A stretch of DNA of 64,000 bases from Rebecca billardiae RCC1528. Lineage: Eukaryota; Protista; Haptophyta. Where the stretch lies: positions 496,001 through 560,000 of the forward strand of contig OZ251233.1 in NCBI GenBank assembly GCA_965240325.2, read 5' to 3'. The position numbers were made by a program, and so were the translations under genes. Positions 10,479 to 31,388 of the stretch are shown here, in pieces. Numbering within the stretch: position 1 is the first letter of the stretch; each line of letters begins with the position of its first letter. The notes beneath the pieces were generated by a model that had not been told where the DNA came from, did not search any database, and was given only the letters and a program-made list of their open reading frames with translations.

Positions 10479-12677
10479 TCACGCAATGCTGCCTTCTGCG
10501 GGTCGTTTACGGCTCGTGGTGATGGCCGCCGCAGTGTGTGCCACTCGACACTCGGTGGCAGCAGTGTCGCGGGCGTCGCGCGAGCTGCTCGCGACATGAG
10601 CCGCGCACTGCTCCGAGGGCGCTGCCCGTGCCGTGACGTCGGCCGCGGGCGCGTGCGCGGTGCACGCGTCAGCCGCGGGAGCGCTGCCACCGGGCTCGGG
10701 GGGCGTGTGGCTCTTTGCGCCAGCCGCCGCCGCCCGCGCCGCCAGCTCGTCCAGGCGCTCGCGCAGCATGGCCTCGACAGAGGGCTTGCTCCACGGGCGG
10801 CGAGCAGCCAAGGGCTCGGCCTCAGCGGGCGCCTCAGCGGGCGCGTCAGCGGGTGCGTCAGCGGGCGCGGCTTGCAAAGCGGCAGGCTCAGGCGCGGCAG
10901 CCGACGGGTCCGCCTTGCCCGCGGCGAGCGCGCGCTCGTACTCCCGCGCGTGCCCGGCAAGCATGGCACTGAACGGGTGCTCCCTCGCCTCCGCGCCGCC
11001 CTCCGCCCCCGCGCCGGCGGTCGCCGCGCGCGCCGCCGCCGCCAGCTCGGCGTCGGTCGCGAGCGCGCCGTCGAGCGCGGCCTCGATCGGCGCGCGCTCG
11101 AGCTGCGTGCCGATCAGGACGAGCTCGACAGCGCGCTCGGCGTGCGCGCGGCCCTCCCAGCCCTCCCGCGCCGCGAGCTCGCGCAGCAGCGCCTCGTCCG
11201 CGCCCACGTCCCGCGCGAGCGCGGAGAGCCACGGCCCGCTCACCTCGAGCCGCACGGCCGCGCCGCCCGCGCCCGACCAGTGCAGTCGCCACCGGGGCGC
11301 CTGCGCCACCCAGCAGAACCCCTTGGAGCGGACGACGCGCGCGCCGCTGAGCGGGTGCGACGGCTGGGCGCGCGCGGCGAGGAGGGCGTGCAGCCGGTGC
11401 GCGTCGAACGGCCGCTCGCGCCGGTACACCACGCTCGCGATGCCGAACGCCTCGCTCTCGGGCGTGTGCTCGTCCGCGCCGAGCAGCTCGGCGCCCCAGC
11501 CGCGCGAGCGCTGCGCGTCGTCGAGGTTGAAGCGGCGCGCGCCCAGCAGCAGCGAGGGGTCGAGCGCGCCGTGCACGCACTCGACGATCTCGGCGCGCGG
11601 GTTGAGCGCCGCCGCGCACGCGCGCACCGCCGCCAGCCCCTCCGCCGGCACCAGGTCCGCCTTGTTGAGCAGCAGCAGGTCGGCAAACTCCGCCTGCTCC
11701 AGCAGCAGCTCGGCCAGGAGCCGGCCGTCGGAGGGGGTCGCGCCGAGCGAGCGCGCGCGCAGCGAGTCGGCCGAGCCGTGGTTGGCGGCGAAGTTGGCGG
11801 CGTCGAGGACGGTGGCCATCGTGTCGATCCGCGCGAGGTGCGCGAGCGAGCGCCCGAGGCCGTCCTCGAACAGGAACGTCTGCGCCACGGGCATCGGCTC
11901 CGAGATGCCCGAGCTCTCGATCAGCAGCGCGTCGAACCGGTCGGCGAGCGCGAGCTCGGCGACCTGCGCGAGCAGGTCCTCGCGCAGCGTGCAGCAGATG
12001 CACCCGTTGGACAGCTCGACGAGCGCCTCCTCGCGCGAGCGCGCCAGCGCCGCGCGCCCGTCGCGCACCAGCGCCGCGTCCACGTTCAGAGCCGCCATGT
12101 CGTTCACCAGCACCGCGAGGCGCAGCCCGCGCGGCGCGTGCGACAGCACGTGCTGCAGGACGGAGGTCTTGCCCGCGCCGAGGAAGCCGGAGAGGACGGT
12201 GACGGGCAGCGGCTCTCGCGCCGGCCGCCGCGTCAGCGCCGCCATCGGGTCCACCTTTGCCACGCGCAGCTTGAGCGCGCGCAGGCCGTCGCGCGCGCTC
12301 TCGGGCGCGCCCTCGCCGTCGATCCGCTCCTCGACCGCGGCGAGCATGTGCGCGTAGAGCGGCGCGGCGCTGTCGAGCGCGTGGGCCGCGTAGAACGCCT
12401 CCCACGCCGCGAGCAGCCGGCCGCGCGCGAGGTGCACCTTGCCCAGCCGGAAGTGCGCCTTGTGCCAGCGCGGCGCGAGCTCGACGCACCGGCGCGCGTC
12501 CGCCTCGGCCGCGTCGAGCTCGCCGAGGCGGAGGAGCGCGGCGCTTCGGTTGGAATGCACGCGCTCGTCGGCCGGGCGCTGCTCGAGCGCGCGCGTGAAC
12601 AGCTCCGCCGCGCACGCAAACTCCGAGCGCCTGAACGCCGCGTTCGCCGCGAGGAAGTCGGGCGTCTCGTCGCCCAT
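10479..12677 (-). CDS. TPR-domain plus COG0523/CobW-family (G3E) GTPase metallochaperone
   Basis: N-terminal TPRs (ANAAFRRSEF...HSNRSAALLRLG...KAHFRLG). Walker A GFLGAGKT, VNDMA, GCICC metal motif, IESSGISEP, NKADL, HTPESEAFGI, and CobW_C RSKGFCW...ELVLIG. Confidence 0.92.
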   Translation of the reverse strand: MGDETPDFLAANAAFRRSEFACAAELFTRALEQRPADERVHSNRSAALLRLGELDAAEADARRCVELAPRWHKAHFRLGKVHLARGRLLAAWEAFYAAHALDSAAPLYAHMLAAVEERIDGEGAPESARDGLRALKLRVAKVDPMAALTRRPAREPLPVTVLSGFLGAGKTSVLQHVLSHAPRGLRLAVLVNDMAALNVDAALVRDGRAALARSREEALVELSNGCICCTLREDLLAQVAELALADRFDALLIESSGISEPMPVAQTFLFEDGLGRSLAHLARIDTMATVLDAANFAANHGSADSLRARSLGATPSDGRLLAELLLEQAEFADLLLLNKADLVPAEGLAAVRACAAALNPRAEIVECVHGALDPSLLLGARRFNLDDAQRSRGWGAELLGADEHTPESEAFGIASVVYRRERPFDAHRLHALLAARAQPSHPLSGARVVRSKGFCWVAQAPRWRLHWSGAGGAAVRLEVSGPWLSALARDVGADEALLRELAAREGWEGRAHAERAVELVLIGTQLERAPIEAALDGALATDAELAAAARAATAGAGAEGGAEAREHPFSAMLAGHAREYERALAAGKADPSAAAPEPAALQAAPADAPADAPAEAPAEAEPLAARRPWSKPSVEAMLRERLDELAARAAAAGAKSHTPPEPGGSAPAADACTAHAPAADVTARAAPSEQCAAHVASSSRDARDTAATECRVAHTAAAITTSRKRPAEGSIA

Positions 12678-12895
12678 GTCTTGCGGAGGCACCCGACCAA
12701 CCGTCGCGTCGCGGCTGTTTTCTGTTTTCAGCGGAGTCCGGCCCGGTACCTCTGTCCGGCGCCGGAGCTTTTATTCACATCCATCAATATCAATACAGTA
12801 TTTTTGGAGCGGAGCGGCGCCAACGCCGCCGCCGCCGCTGGGCTTGTCGATGGCCTCGCGCGCCACAGCGGGCCGTGTTGATGGAGGGCCACGTC

Positions 12896-14472
12896 TCACC
12901 GGCGAGCTGCGATCTGCGGGGCGGAGTAGCGCGCGACGCCGTTTGCATGCGAGAGGATGCTCGGCGCGTCGAACGTGGCGAACGGCTTGAAGCTCGCCGC
13001 GCCGTCGGCCGGCTTGCGCGGCACGAAGGTCGCCGCCTGCCCCTTGACGTCGAGCACGACGATGTCGAAGAAGAGCCAGCCGATCGAGCCGAAAACGAAC
13101 GCGCCGTCGGCCGTACTTGCCAGCCCCGCCTCGAGCAGCGCGAGCAGGCTCTCGAGCGCGAACGGCAGGCGCGCGGTCGAGCCGTCCGCGGCGGCCATCT
13201 GGACGAAGAGCGTCGCGTTCGCCGGCTGCAGCGCGCCCGCCGCGCTGAGCCGCTTGGCCTCGGCGACGACCGCCGTCGGGAAGACGAGCTGGCCGTTGCC
13301 CGTGTCGACGATCGCGTTGCTGAAGTCGGGCGGGCTGGCGACAAAGGGCACGTCGCCGACCACCTTGCCGGCGGCGTCAGCGAGCTCGAAGCCGGTCACA
13401 TCGAGCCCGTAGCCCCAGTCGGTCGAGAGCTTCACCGGCCCGACCGCGTCCTCCGCGCGGTAGAGCGCGCTGTCGGTGGCTGCCTCGTCGAGGAAGAGGG
13501 TCGCCGCGCCCTCGCCGAGGGCGCCGTTCCAGCTGATGCCGAGCTGGCCGAGCGGCTCGGGCGTGGCCGGGTTGTCGAGCATCTGGAAGACCGGGTTGGG
13601 CGCGTTCTGCGCGCTCGACAGCACGCTCAGCTGGTCGCAGTCCGGCTGGCCGTCCGGGGCAAGCGGCACCTTGCCGTCTGCGGGCAGCACAGCAAGCTGG
13701 TTCTGCACAGTCGGCCCGATGCCAAAGATGCCGCCGAGCGGCTGCGCGCCGCCGGCGACGACGCCGTTGCTCGCGCAGGTCATGCCGACCGTCTCCTGCA
13801 TCACCGTCATCGTGGTGACGGCCACCTTGAACGCCTCGCCGAGCCGCACGCCGCCATTGTACGCGTACCCCTGCGGCGCACGGCCGCGTGGGTCATCCGC
13901 CAGGAAGGGGCGCGCACGGCCGTGGCGCGCGCACGCGCGCGCGGGGGGCGGGGGCGAGGTCGGCCGTGCCGGGCGCGCGGTAGGGCGAGCACGGGCACGC
14001 AGCTCGGCGTGACTTGGCCCGCATCGGGCCGCGCGCGCACCCAGAAGCCCTCGGGCGCGCCGTTGCCGTACGCGTTGCACGAGCCGACCGGCTCGCCGCG
14101 CGTCGTCTTCACGATCAGCGCGCCGCGCCCGTCGGCGACACTGGCGTCGCAGGCGGAGAGCGTGGCCGAGCCCGAGTCGATGAGCGTGCGCACGGGCGGA
14201 GGCGGGTTCGGCTGGTTGTAGAAGAACTGCACGTCGAGCAGGAAGCCAAAGCCGAAGAGCTGGAAGCCGTCCGGCTCCGCAAACCACAGCGGCTCGACGG
14301 CGAGTGGAAAGACGGGCGAGAAGCCGGACGCGGCGGGCGAGGCGGACGCCGTGGCGGCGGGCTCGACGCGCGTCGAGGCCAGGAACAGGACACACGCCGC
14401 GGCCGCGGTCGTCGCGAGAACGCCGGCCCCGACGACGCGGCGCTTGATGGACGCGGACACTTCGATCTCCAT
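12896..14472 (-). CDS. Pepsin-like (A1) aspartic protease with N-terminal membrane anchor; intron 13871-14040
   Basis: Catalytic motifs TLIDSGS and AIVDTGN, plus GIFGIG and VFG psi-loops. Removing the GT..AG intron joins NAYGNGAPEGFW|GYAYNG (flap region) in frame. Confidence 0.85.
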
Positions 14473-15231
14473 TCTCGTGACGAACGTCCACGGACGGCCA
14501 ACAAATGGTTTCATGACGAATGAATAATTAAAACGGCCCGCCATTTATTAATTATTACCCAGAATATGATGATGATATGAAGTTTCCCACTTCGGAAAGG
14601 AAGCCATGGCGGGCGTGAATGCCCGTCCGACGGCGATCCAAGGCCCCAGCGCCACGGCCGGGTCACCGGGGCGTGGCGTAGGCAGGTTGGTGCGGTCGTA
14701 CGAGCGCATGGGCATGAGTGACAGCCTCCTTTCCGACTTTTCGACCACTCTCACGTCCACGTCCACGTCCTCGTGCGACCGGCGCGCGCGTGAGGCTGCG
14801 CATGGGAAGAATGAGCAAGTAGGGACCAGGATCACTGTTCCGACGGCCATGCCGACCTCTTTGGTATGCCTTGCGACGGTGCAGACCAGTCAATGTTCCG
14901 TCTGACCCAACACACTGCGAGTCTGACGATCAATGTTGACTGCGCGGTAGTCGTGCGACCGCCGTCCGACACGCGGGCACACGGCTGCCGTACGCCGTGA
15001 ATACGTGTGTCACAGCGTGTGCGCGCCTGTCAACGGCGAGGCGATCATCGACCGACATGGCTAGCGAGCTGATCAGGACTAGTAATAACCTTGTCTGATG
15101 GGACCACGCCACGCCATTTGGCGACCTCGCCACCGCTCAATGCCCGTCCAGAGGCACTGCCCGTGCCGAGTGCCGCACTATACCAGCAGTACCTGGCCAG
15201 CCACCGCCATTGCCAAACTCAAACTCAAAGT

Positions 15232-18200
15232 TCAGGCGAGTGAGGTGCCCCGCCCCGGGCACCTCAAGCGCGCGTTCGCGCAAAAGTCCGCACCGCCGAT
15301 TTTTCACAGTGGGCGGCAATTTCTGGCGCGCTATTTTCTGATTTTCCGCCGTGCGTGGCGCCGCCGCGTCGCGCGCGCTCTCGACGCGCGCGAGCTGCGC
15401 GCGCGTGGCGGCGGGTTTGGCCGCGCGGCACTGGGACGGCTGGGTCCGCACGGCCAAGGAGGCCACCCTTGCCGCGGTGGTCGTGGCGCGGGGACGTCTC
15501 CGCCGCTCGCAAACCTCCCGCGAGCGCCTCGCGCCGCCTCGCGCCGCCTTCACGCCGTCTCCGCGCGCCAACTGCACGCTCTGGACGCCTCGGCGGCAGA
15601 GACGCGCGCGGCGCGGTTGTGTGCCGCGTAGGCTGGGCCCATGCGCGTCCGCTGCCGGTGCGCCCCGACCACGCGCGCGCGCATCCCAGACCTCTCGCCT
15701 CACGCGTCGCCGCCGAGCACGGCCGTGCACCGCAGTCCGCCGTGGTGCCGCCCGCGCGGCCGAGCAAGCAGGCGGCGCGTTGTGGAGCGTGTGACGCGCG
15801 AGGCGGGAAGGCTTCCGAGCGCCCGAGCCACCGCCGACCGGCGGCGCGCACGCGATTGGCTCGAGCCATGGGCGCCGACGGCGCGCGCGCGCGCTGAGCC
15901 AGCTGAAGACTTGTGCGCCATGGCACGGCAGCCGCCAATCGCGGCGCGCGGGCGTGCTGTGCGGCAGGCGCGCTCGGTGCGGGCGCTTCGGGGCGTGGCC
16001 TCGCGAGAACGGAGCCCCTGGAAGCGCGACGCCTGTGAGCTCGCCCCGGCCCGAGTGAGTGTGCGCGCATCTGTCAGGGATCGGCACACGCAGCAGCACG
16101 GGGTGGCCGTCGTCATGAGCCATGGCCTGGTCACTGCCGCGCTGAGCGCGCCACGACACACGGCAACAGCGCCGCGTGAAGAGTAGTTATATGGCTTCTG
16201 GCGCTACCTGGGCCCGCGTGCGCTTGCGCGCACGGATGCGAGCATTCGCATGCTGCCTGACGCGTTTCATCTGAGCGTCTGTCCGATGCCAGCCACGTGC
16301 TTCCATTGACAGAGAGAGCGACTCTACTGGTCAGAAGTCGTAGCCCTCCAGTGTGAGAAGCGCACAGAGCTATGGCTGCAGTGTTGCTGGCCTGCTCACT
16401 CCGAGGCGGGCGCGCCACGGCAGCTCTCTCACTCACGGCGCACGGTCGGGGAGCAGCCGCGTCTGCGCAGACCCACTGCTCACCAACAAGTTCCCGGCAG
16501 GCCTGAAGGGTGGTGGGGTGCCAGCCTTTGTGATGGCGTGCGCGCGCGAGAGCTCTGTCGAAGGCGCATAGCTCAGGGTGGCGAGCGGGAGGCCGGTATG
16601 GTCGGTATGGGTGACGAGGAAGACGGTGGCCCGATGGGCTGCCACGCTCGAGCTCGACGATCTGGCCGACGGTCGTGATTCCCTCGATGATGGCGACAAC
16701 AGCGCGGACGAGTAGGCCGTTGAGACGCCAGCAGGCTCAGAGCCCGCGCGCGACGCTGAGGGCGGGGTACAGACATCTGGTCCAACGCCCAGACAGGGCG
16801 ACGCGCAAGGTCCAGGTGCTCAGCCCTCTCGCGGACGCAGGCGCGGCTGCGGTTCCGGTCGCTCACGCCCTCCTGGTGCCCGGCGTGCGGTCGAGCCTTC
16901 CAACCCATCTGCTGCAACGTCTATCACGGCTGGTAGCCTGCTGACCCAGACGACTTGCGAGCAGACGTCTCTCGCCGGTGAGCGCGAGCGAGCGCTGCTG
17001 CTGACACTCGATTCGTGCGCACACGCCCCCGCCCGACGCCCTCGCACGTCGGGCAGAGTGAGAGTCGGCTTGCGCGCGCCCCCGCGCACGATGACGCCAA
17101 CTGCTGCTCAGGTCATCCGACATGGGCTGACGTAAGCCAGGAAGTAGTGGGTCGTGCTACCTGGGCACGCGGCGCTCGAAGCGCGCGTTCTGGGTGACAA
17201 GAGCGTCTCAAGGTGTCAGCGTAGGTGCAGCGTTGGACACCGGGATGCCAGCCTTCTGCCGGTACGGAGATCAATAACGCGCACAGCCCTGCTGAATGGT
17301 CTCGCATGCACCAGCATGATCGTGCACGCACAGCGCCGCACCACGCATGCGAGAACTTCAAAAGTGCGCATGCTCGCTTGTTCTTTGTGCCTGGTCGACA
17401 CCCAGCGCGGCAGTGACCAGGCCATGGCTCATGACGACGGCCACCCCGTGCTGCTGACAGATGCGCGCACACTCACTCGGGTCGGGGCGAGCTCACAGGC
17501 GTCGCGCTTCCAGGGGCTCCGTTCTCGCGAGGCCACGCCCCGAAGCGCCCGCACCGAGCGCGCCTGCCGCACAGCACGCCCGCGCGCCGCGATTGGCGGC
17601 TGCCGTGCCATGGCGCACAAGTCTTCAGCTGGCTCAGCGCGCGCGCGCGCCGTCGGCGCCCATGGCTCGAGCCAATCGCGTGCGCGCCGCCGGTCGGCGG
17701 TGGCTCGGGCGCTCGGAAGCCTTCCCGCCTCGCGCGTCACACGCTCCACAACGCGCCGCCTGCTCGCTCGGCCGCGCGGGCGGCACCACGGCGGACTGCG
17801 GTGCACGGCCGTGCTCGGCGGCGACGCGTGAGGCGAGAGGTCTGGGATGCGCGCGCGCGTGGTCGGGGCGCACCGGCAGCGGACGCGCATGGGCCCAGCC
17901 TACGCGGCACACAACCGCGCCGCGCGCGTCTCTGCCGCCGAGGCGTCCAGAGCGTGCAGTTGGCGCGCGGAGACGGCGTGAAGGCGGCGCGAGGCGGCGC
18001 GAGGCGCTCGCGGGAGGTTTGCGAGCGGCGGAGACGTCCCCGCGCCGCGACCACCGCGGCAAGAGTGGCCTCCTCGGCCGTGCGGACCCAGCCGTCCCAG
18101 TGCCGCGCGGCCAAACCCGCCGCCACGCGCGCGCAGCTCGCGCGCGTCGAGAGCGCGCGCGACGCGGCGGCGCCACGCACGGCGGAAAATCAGAAAATAG

Positions 18201-18294
18201 CGCGCCAGAAATTGCCGCGCACTGTGAAAAATCGGCGGTGCGGACTTTTGCGCGAACGCGCGCTTGAGGTGCCCGGGGCACCTCACTCGCCTGA
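15232..18294. mobile_element. Foldback element with about 0.9-kb inverted arms (15232-16144 / 17404-18294) and a 1.26-kb spacer
   Basis: The arms are near-identical reverse complements (mirror ORFs 15264-16070 and 17461-18267). Termini TCAGGCGAGTGAGG. 4-bp TSD AAGT at 15228-31 and 18295-98, or alternatively an imperfect 6-bp AAAGTT/AAAGTG with CAGG termini. Confidence 0.9.
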
Positions 18295-18494
18295 AAGTGG
18301 GGCCCACCATCTGCCATCTGGATTTATTCTGGACCCCGCCCCCTGTAGCAGCAGCAGATACACGTGCGATATACGTCCGATATGCATGGTAGTACGCCAC
18401 CACATCAGCGTGCATCTCGTCGGCAGAGGCGGCGCTGCACCGTACACCGGCCGTCGCGGCTGGCTCCCCAGCTAGAATATGTAGCGCCTGCTGA

Positions 18495-19513
18495 TTACTT
18501 GGCGACCTTCGAGAGCTCGACGCACTTGGCGATGCACGGCTCGGTGTCGAGGTCCTCGAGCGCGTCGAAGAGCGAGCCCTTCGCGCCCGCGCCGTCGTAC
18601 GGCACGACGGGGTCGACCGACCACGCGCTGATCGTCTCGGCCGGCACGCCCGCCTTGAGCAGCGCGGCGCCGAACGGGTCGGCGTCGAGCGCGACGCCGA
18701 GCCAGTTCATCTTCTCCGCGAGGCCCTCGAAGGGCGAGGCGCTCGCGTGCACGCCGTTGTCGCCCGTGTTGGGCTCGGTCTCGAGGCCGAGCTCCTGCCA
18801 CCGCGCCATGATCATGCCGCGGATCGAGTCGGCGGGCGCGGTGGCCGGGTCGGTCGGGCCGAGCACCTTGCCGCGGAAGTCCGCCCACGCCAGCGTGCCC
18901 GCGTCGAACTGCACGACGTAGTAGTGGATGCACTTGGCGGGCAGCACAAACTTCTGCCGCATCTCCATGAAGAACGCGTTGAACACGTACGTGGGCGGCT
19001 TGCCCTCGACGGTGTCGATCACGCCGCAGTAGAAGCCGCCGCCGAACTTGACGAGCTTGTCCGCCTTCTTCGCCTTGCCCCACTGCCGCGCGCCGCCCGC
19101 GCGGCGGGCACGACTCAGCGCGCGCCGCATGCGCGCGCGGCGGCGCGAGCGCGCGCGCGCGCGGTGCTGCGACGCACCTCCGCGTTCAGCCCCGCCGAGT
19201 CGAGGCCCAGGAAGGTACACGCGTCCATCGCATTGTACACCGACTTCTCCGCCAGCGCCTGCGACCACTCCACGCCGAACTTCTCCTTGAACTTGTCCGC
19301 GGGCACGTTGAGCTGCTCGGGCTTGAGGATGGTCGCCTTGGACGCGATCGCGTAATAATGCTGGTCGATGAGCTTCTTCTGGTCGATGTCCTCGGACGAG
19401 ATGTCGCCCTCGTCGAGGATCTTGATGCCCTTCGCCTCGAGCGTCGACTTGACGAGCGCCTTCGTCGCGTCGGTCACGGCGTGCGGCTTGACGAACACGA
19501 ACGCGGAGTTCAT
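18495..19513 (-). CDS. Nucleoside diphosphate kinase-like protein (long protist type); intron 19083-19177
   Basis: AFVFVKPHA, LIDQHYYAIASKA, KFGGGFYCG, FRGKVLGPTDP..APADSIRG, and NGVHASASPFE (NDK active-site His context). The GT..AG intron joins LNAE|WGKA. Confidence 0.88.
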
Positions 19514-19642
19514 GGCGCGCGGCGACGACGGAGAGGAGCAGCAGCCTGATGCACGCGATCCGGGCGTGGCGTCCACGCCCGGCAGGCGCGCGCCCGGACT
19601 CCTGGGCCCAACCGGCGCAAAAGGGTTTGAACTTTGACCGCC
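19514..19642. promoter_or_regulatory. Putative compact bidirectional promoter
   Basis: Only 129 bp separate two divergent ATGs (19513 on minus, 19643 on plus). The interval contains an AT-rich patch, caaaagggtttgaactttga. Confidence 0.5.
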
Positions 19643-29124
<9,482 letters not shown>

Positions 29125-29326
29125 TGGCCTGCGGCCAGGAGGAGCGCGCTCGCGGCGCGGACGAGGCCCAAACGGCCTGTGACTACAGTGTCGTGTCGTA
29201 GTCACCAAGTGCAAGCAGTGCAAGCAGCAAGGCTGCGCTCGGTGCAGTACGTACGGGGGCATGCATGCATTCAGTGAGTCTGCGACTCGCACGAATGACT
29301 GACATCGTGGACTGGCGGCCAGTCAG

Positions 29327-30448
29327 CGGATATCCCACTGCTGTCCTGTGCCATAGGACTGGGTCCTATGCCACAGTCTCGACAGCCACAGGCAGTGACA
29401 GGGACGACTCAGTAGACGACATTTGCTCATATTGATGCCGAATGGTACGACTGCACCTAGGGGTCGGTAGCAGTGTCGCCACCATCCGCCAGAGCGAGCT
29501 TGTTGTGATTTTCGACCACCACCGCATGTTTTGGGCTCCACGGATGGAGCGCGTGAAGCCGTCGCGGTCAGTTGCCGCCTTGCAACTCCACGGCGGCAAC
29601 GCCGACCGCCATGTGGCACTTGTAGATGACACCCAGCTTGATGCTCACACATCGTGGTTCACTGTGTTCGACCAGAGCCGTATGAGGTTCATCCACAATG
29701 CGTTTTGGTCCTCGCCAAGCATGGCATTGTACGCCACGCCGGGGCTGCGCGCGCAAGCCGCTGCGGGTCTCTCGCGTTGTCAGGTGGTTGCGATCGAGCA
29801 TCGGCGCGCATGTAGAGCAAGCCTCGGAGGTAGCCGGAACATCTTGCCATGTCGCGTGCGTGGATGGTATCGCACCTGTAGACACGCCATGCGTGTGCCG
29901 CAGTCGATTTACGCGACGCTCGACCCGCACGCTCTTGGATTCGTGGGCTCGTGGTCCACAAGGACGGCCGCCACCATCGTGGGAGGTCCGTGGCCGCACG
30001 CACGATGGCGGTTGCCCTCTCTTCGCCCCGCCCCAGAATCGGTGTGCTACGGGCAGCAACGCGCCTGGCGGCGTGGGCGGCGGTGCGGGCGGCGGCGCGG
30101 GCATCCGGCGCGAGCACTCGCCTGCGCTGTCCGTGCCTAGGGTCGCCGCTCGGCTGCCAGGGGCGAGCAACTGACGCTGTCATCTGCTGGTTGTGGGGCC
30201 GTCCCTGGCGGCCGGTTGTCCCACAACCGACTACCGAGCGCGCGCGCGCGCGCGTACGCGCGCGCGCGCCCGATCGCTGTAGCAGTGGCGGCAGGCGGAG
30301 ACGGTGTGTGTCGATAGCCGGTTGAGTTGTGTGTACGATATAGCCACACCGATGATCGTACGCGCAGAACTGAGGCGCTGGCGCTCTGGTGATCTTGTCC
30401 TATGGCATAGGACTGAGTCCTCAATCTGTTGCAGGGCGGGGATATCCG
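29327..30448. mobile_element. Older short-TIR DNA transposon remnant with palindromic subterminal repeats
   Basis: TIR cggatatccc (29327-36) / gggatatccg (30439-48). Subterminal gtcct(a/g)tgccataggac motifs at 29343-74 and, inverted, at 30397-420. Apparent 4-bp TSD TCAG at 29323-26 and 30449-52. Confidence 0.6.
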
Positions 30449-31388
30449 TCAGGCAGTAGCAGTCATCACGACTACTAGTTATAGTATATATATATAGATC
30501 GACTCACTAGACACTATAGTCTGCCTCGGGCCGACAGCCTCGGGCCAATCAGTAATCACTATTATTATGAAGTATTATTATTCTAATTCATCACGATTCT
30601 GAAGTCGAAGTCGGCTCATCATAATTTTAATATCATTTCTGATGACGAATCAAGCCGCCTGCTATATACTGCTAGCTTAGTATAGGATGATGATCGATAC
30701 TACGTAATACATGATCGCAGTCGGCCCTCACTCCGCGAGCCCGCCCTCAGCCTCAGGCCCTGTGACTGAGGCCGACAGACTGAGGCGGCTTAGCAGCATT
30801 CTTTGACGGCACGACGCCGAGCCCGATGTCACCGCGATCGAACTCGATGCGCGTGCCAGAATATGCATCACAGAGCGGCACTTGCCGTTGGTATGACCGA
30901 CTGAGCCTGGAGACAGGGTGGTTGGACTGACTCCGAGGCCGATGGCGGCCACCCACGCCCAGCACCGGGAGCTCGCTGGCCCCCGCTGCTCAAGTGCTGG
31001 CCACAGCGAGGGCCGCGACATGCGCCGCGGCTGCAGACACGCTGATCCAAGATACGAGAGGTCACAACAATACTGGGCGCGAGTAGATGGGGCCGGCATT
31101 CGAGCGTATCTCGTGCCCGGCTCGCCCAGACCCGTGCCCGTCCGCAAGGCCTCCACTTGCTGGCGCACGCTGGCGGCGGGCGCAGGCGGCATCCGCCTGC
31201 GCTGCTTGCTGCTGCTCACATTTTACACCGAGAAAACAAGTATGGATACGGTACCCCCATACGGTAGCAACGGCCACGCAATAATTTGGGCTGACGCCTG
31301 GCCGCCGTTGGTAATCTTTCATTCATCGGGCGGCAATATTCAGTCAAGGGCCGCCTGGATTCAGTGCGGTTCCTCTGATTGCCTCAGC

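Noticed and set aside
30728-31388. Protein-coding gene upstream of the P-like element
   Set aside because: Short ORFs on both strands with no recognisable motif. Possibly a decayed fragment, but not supportable.
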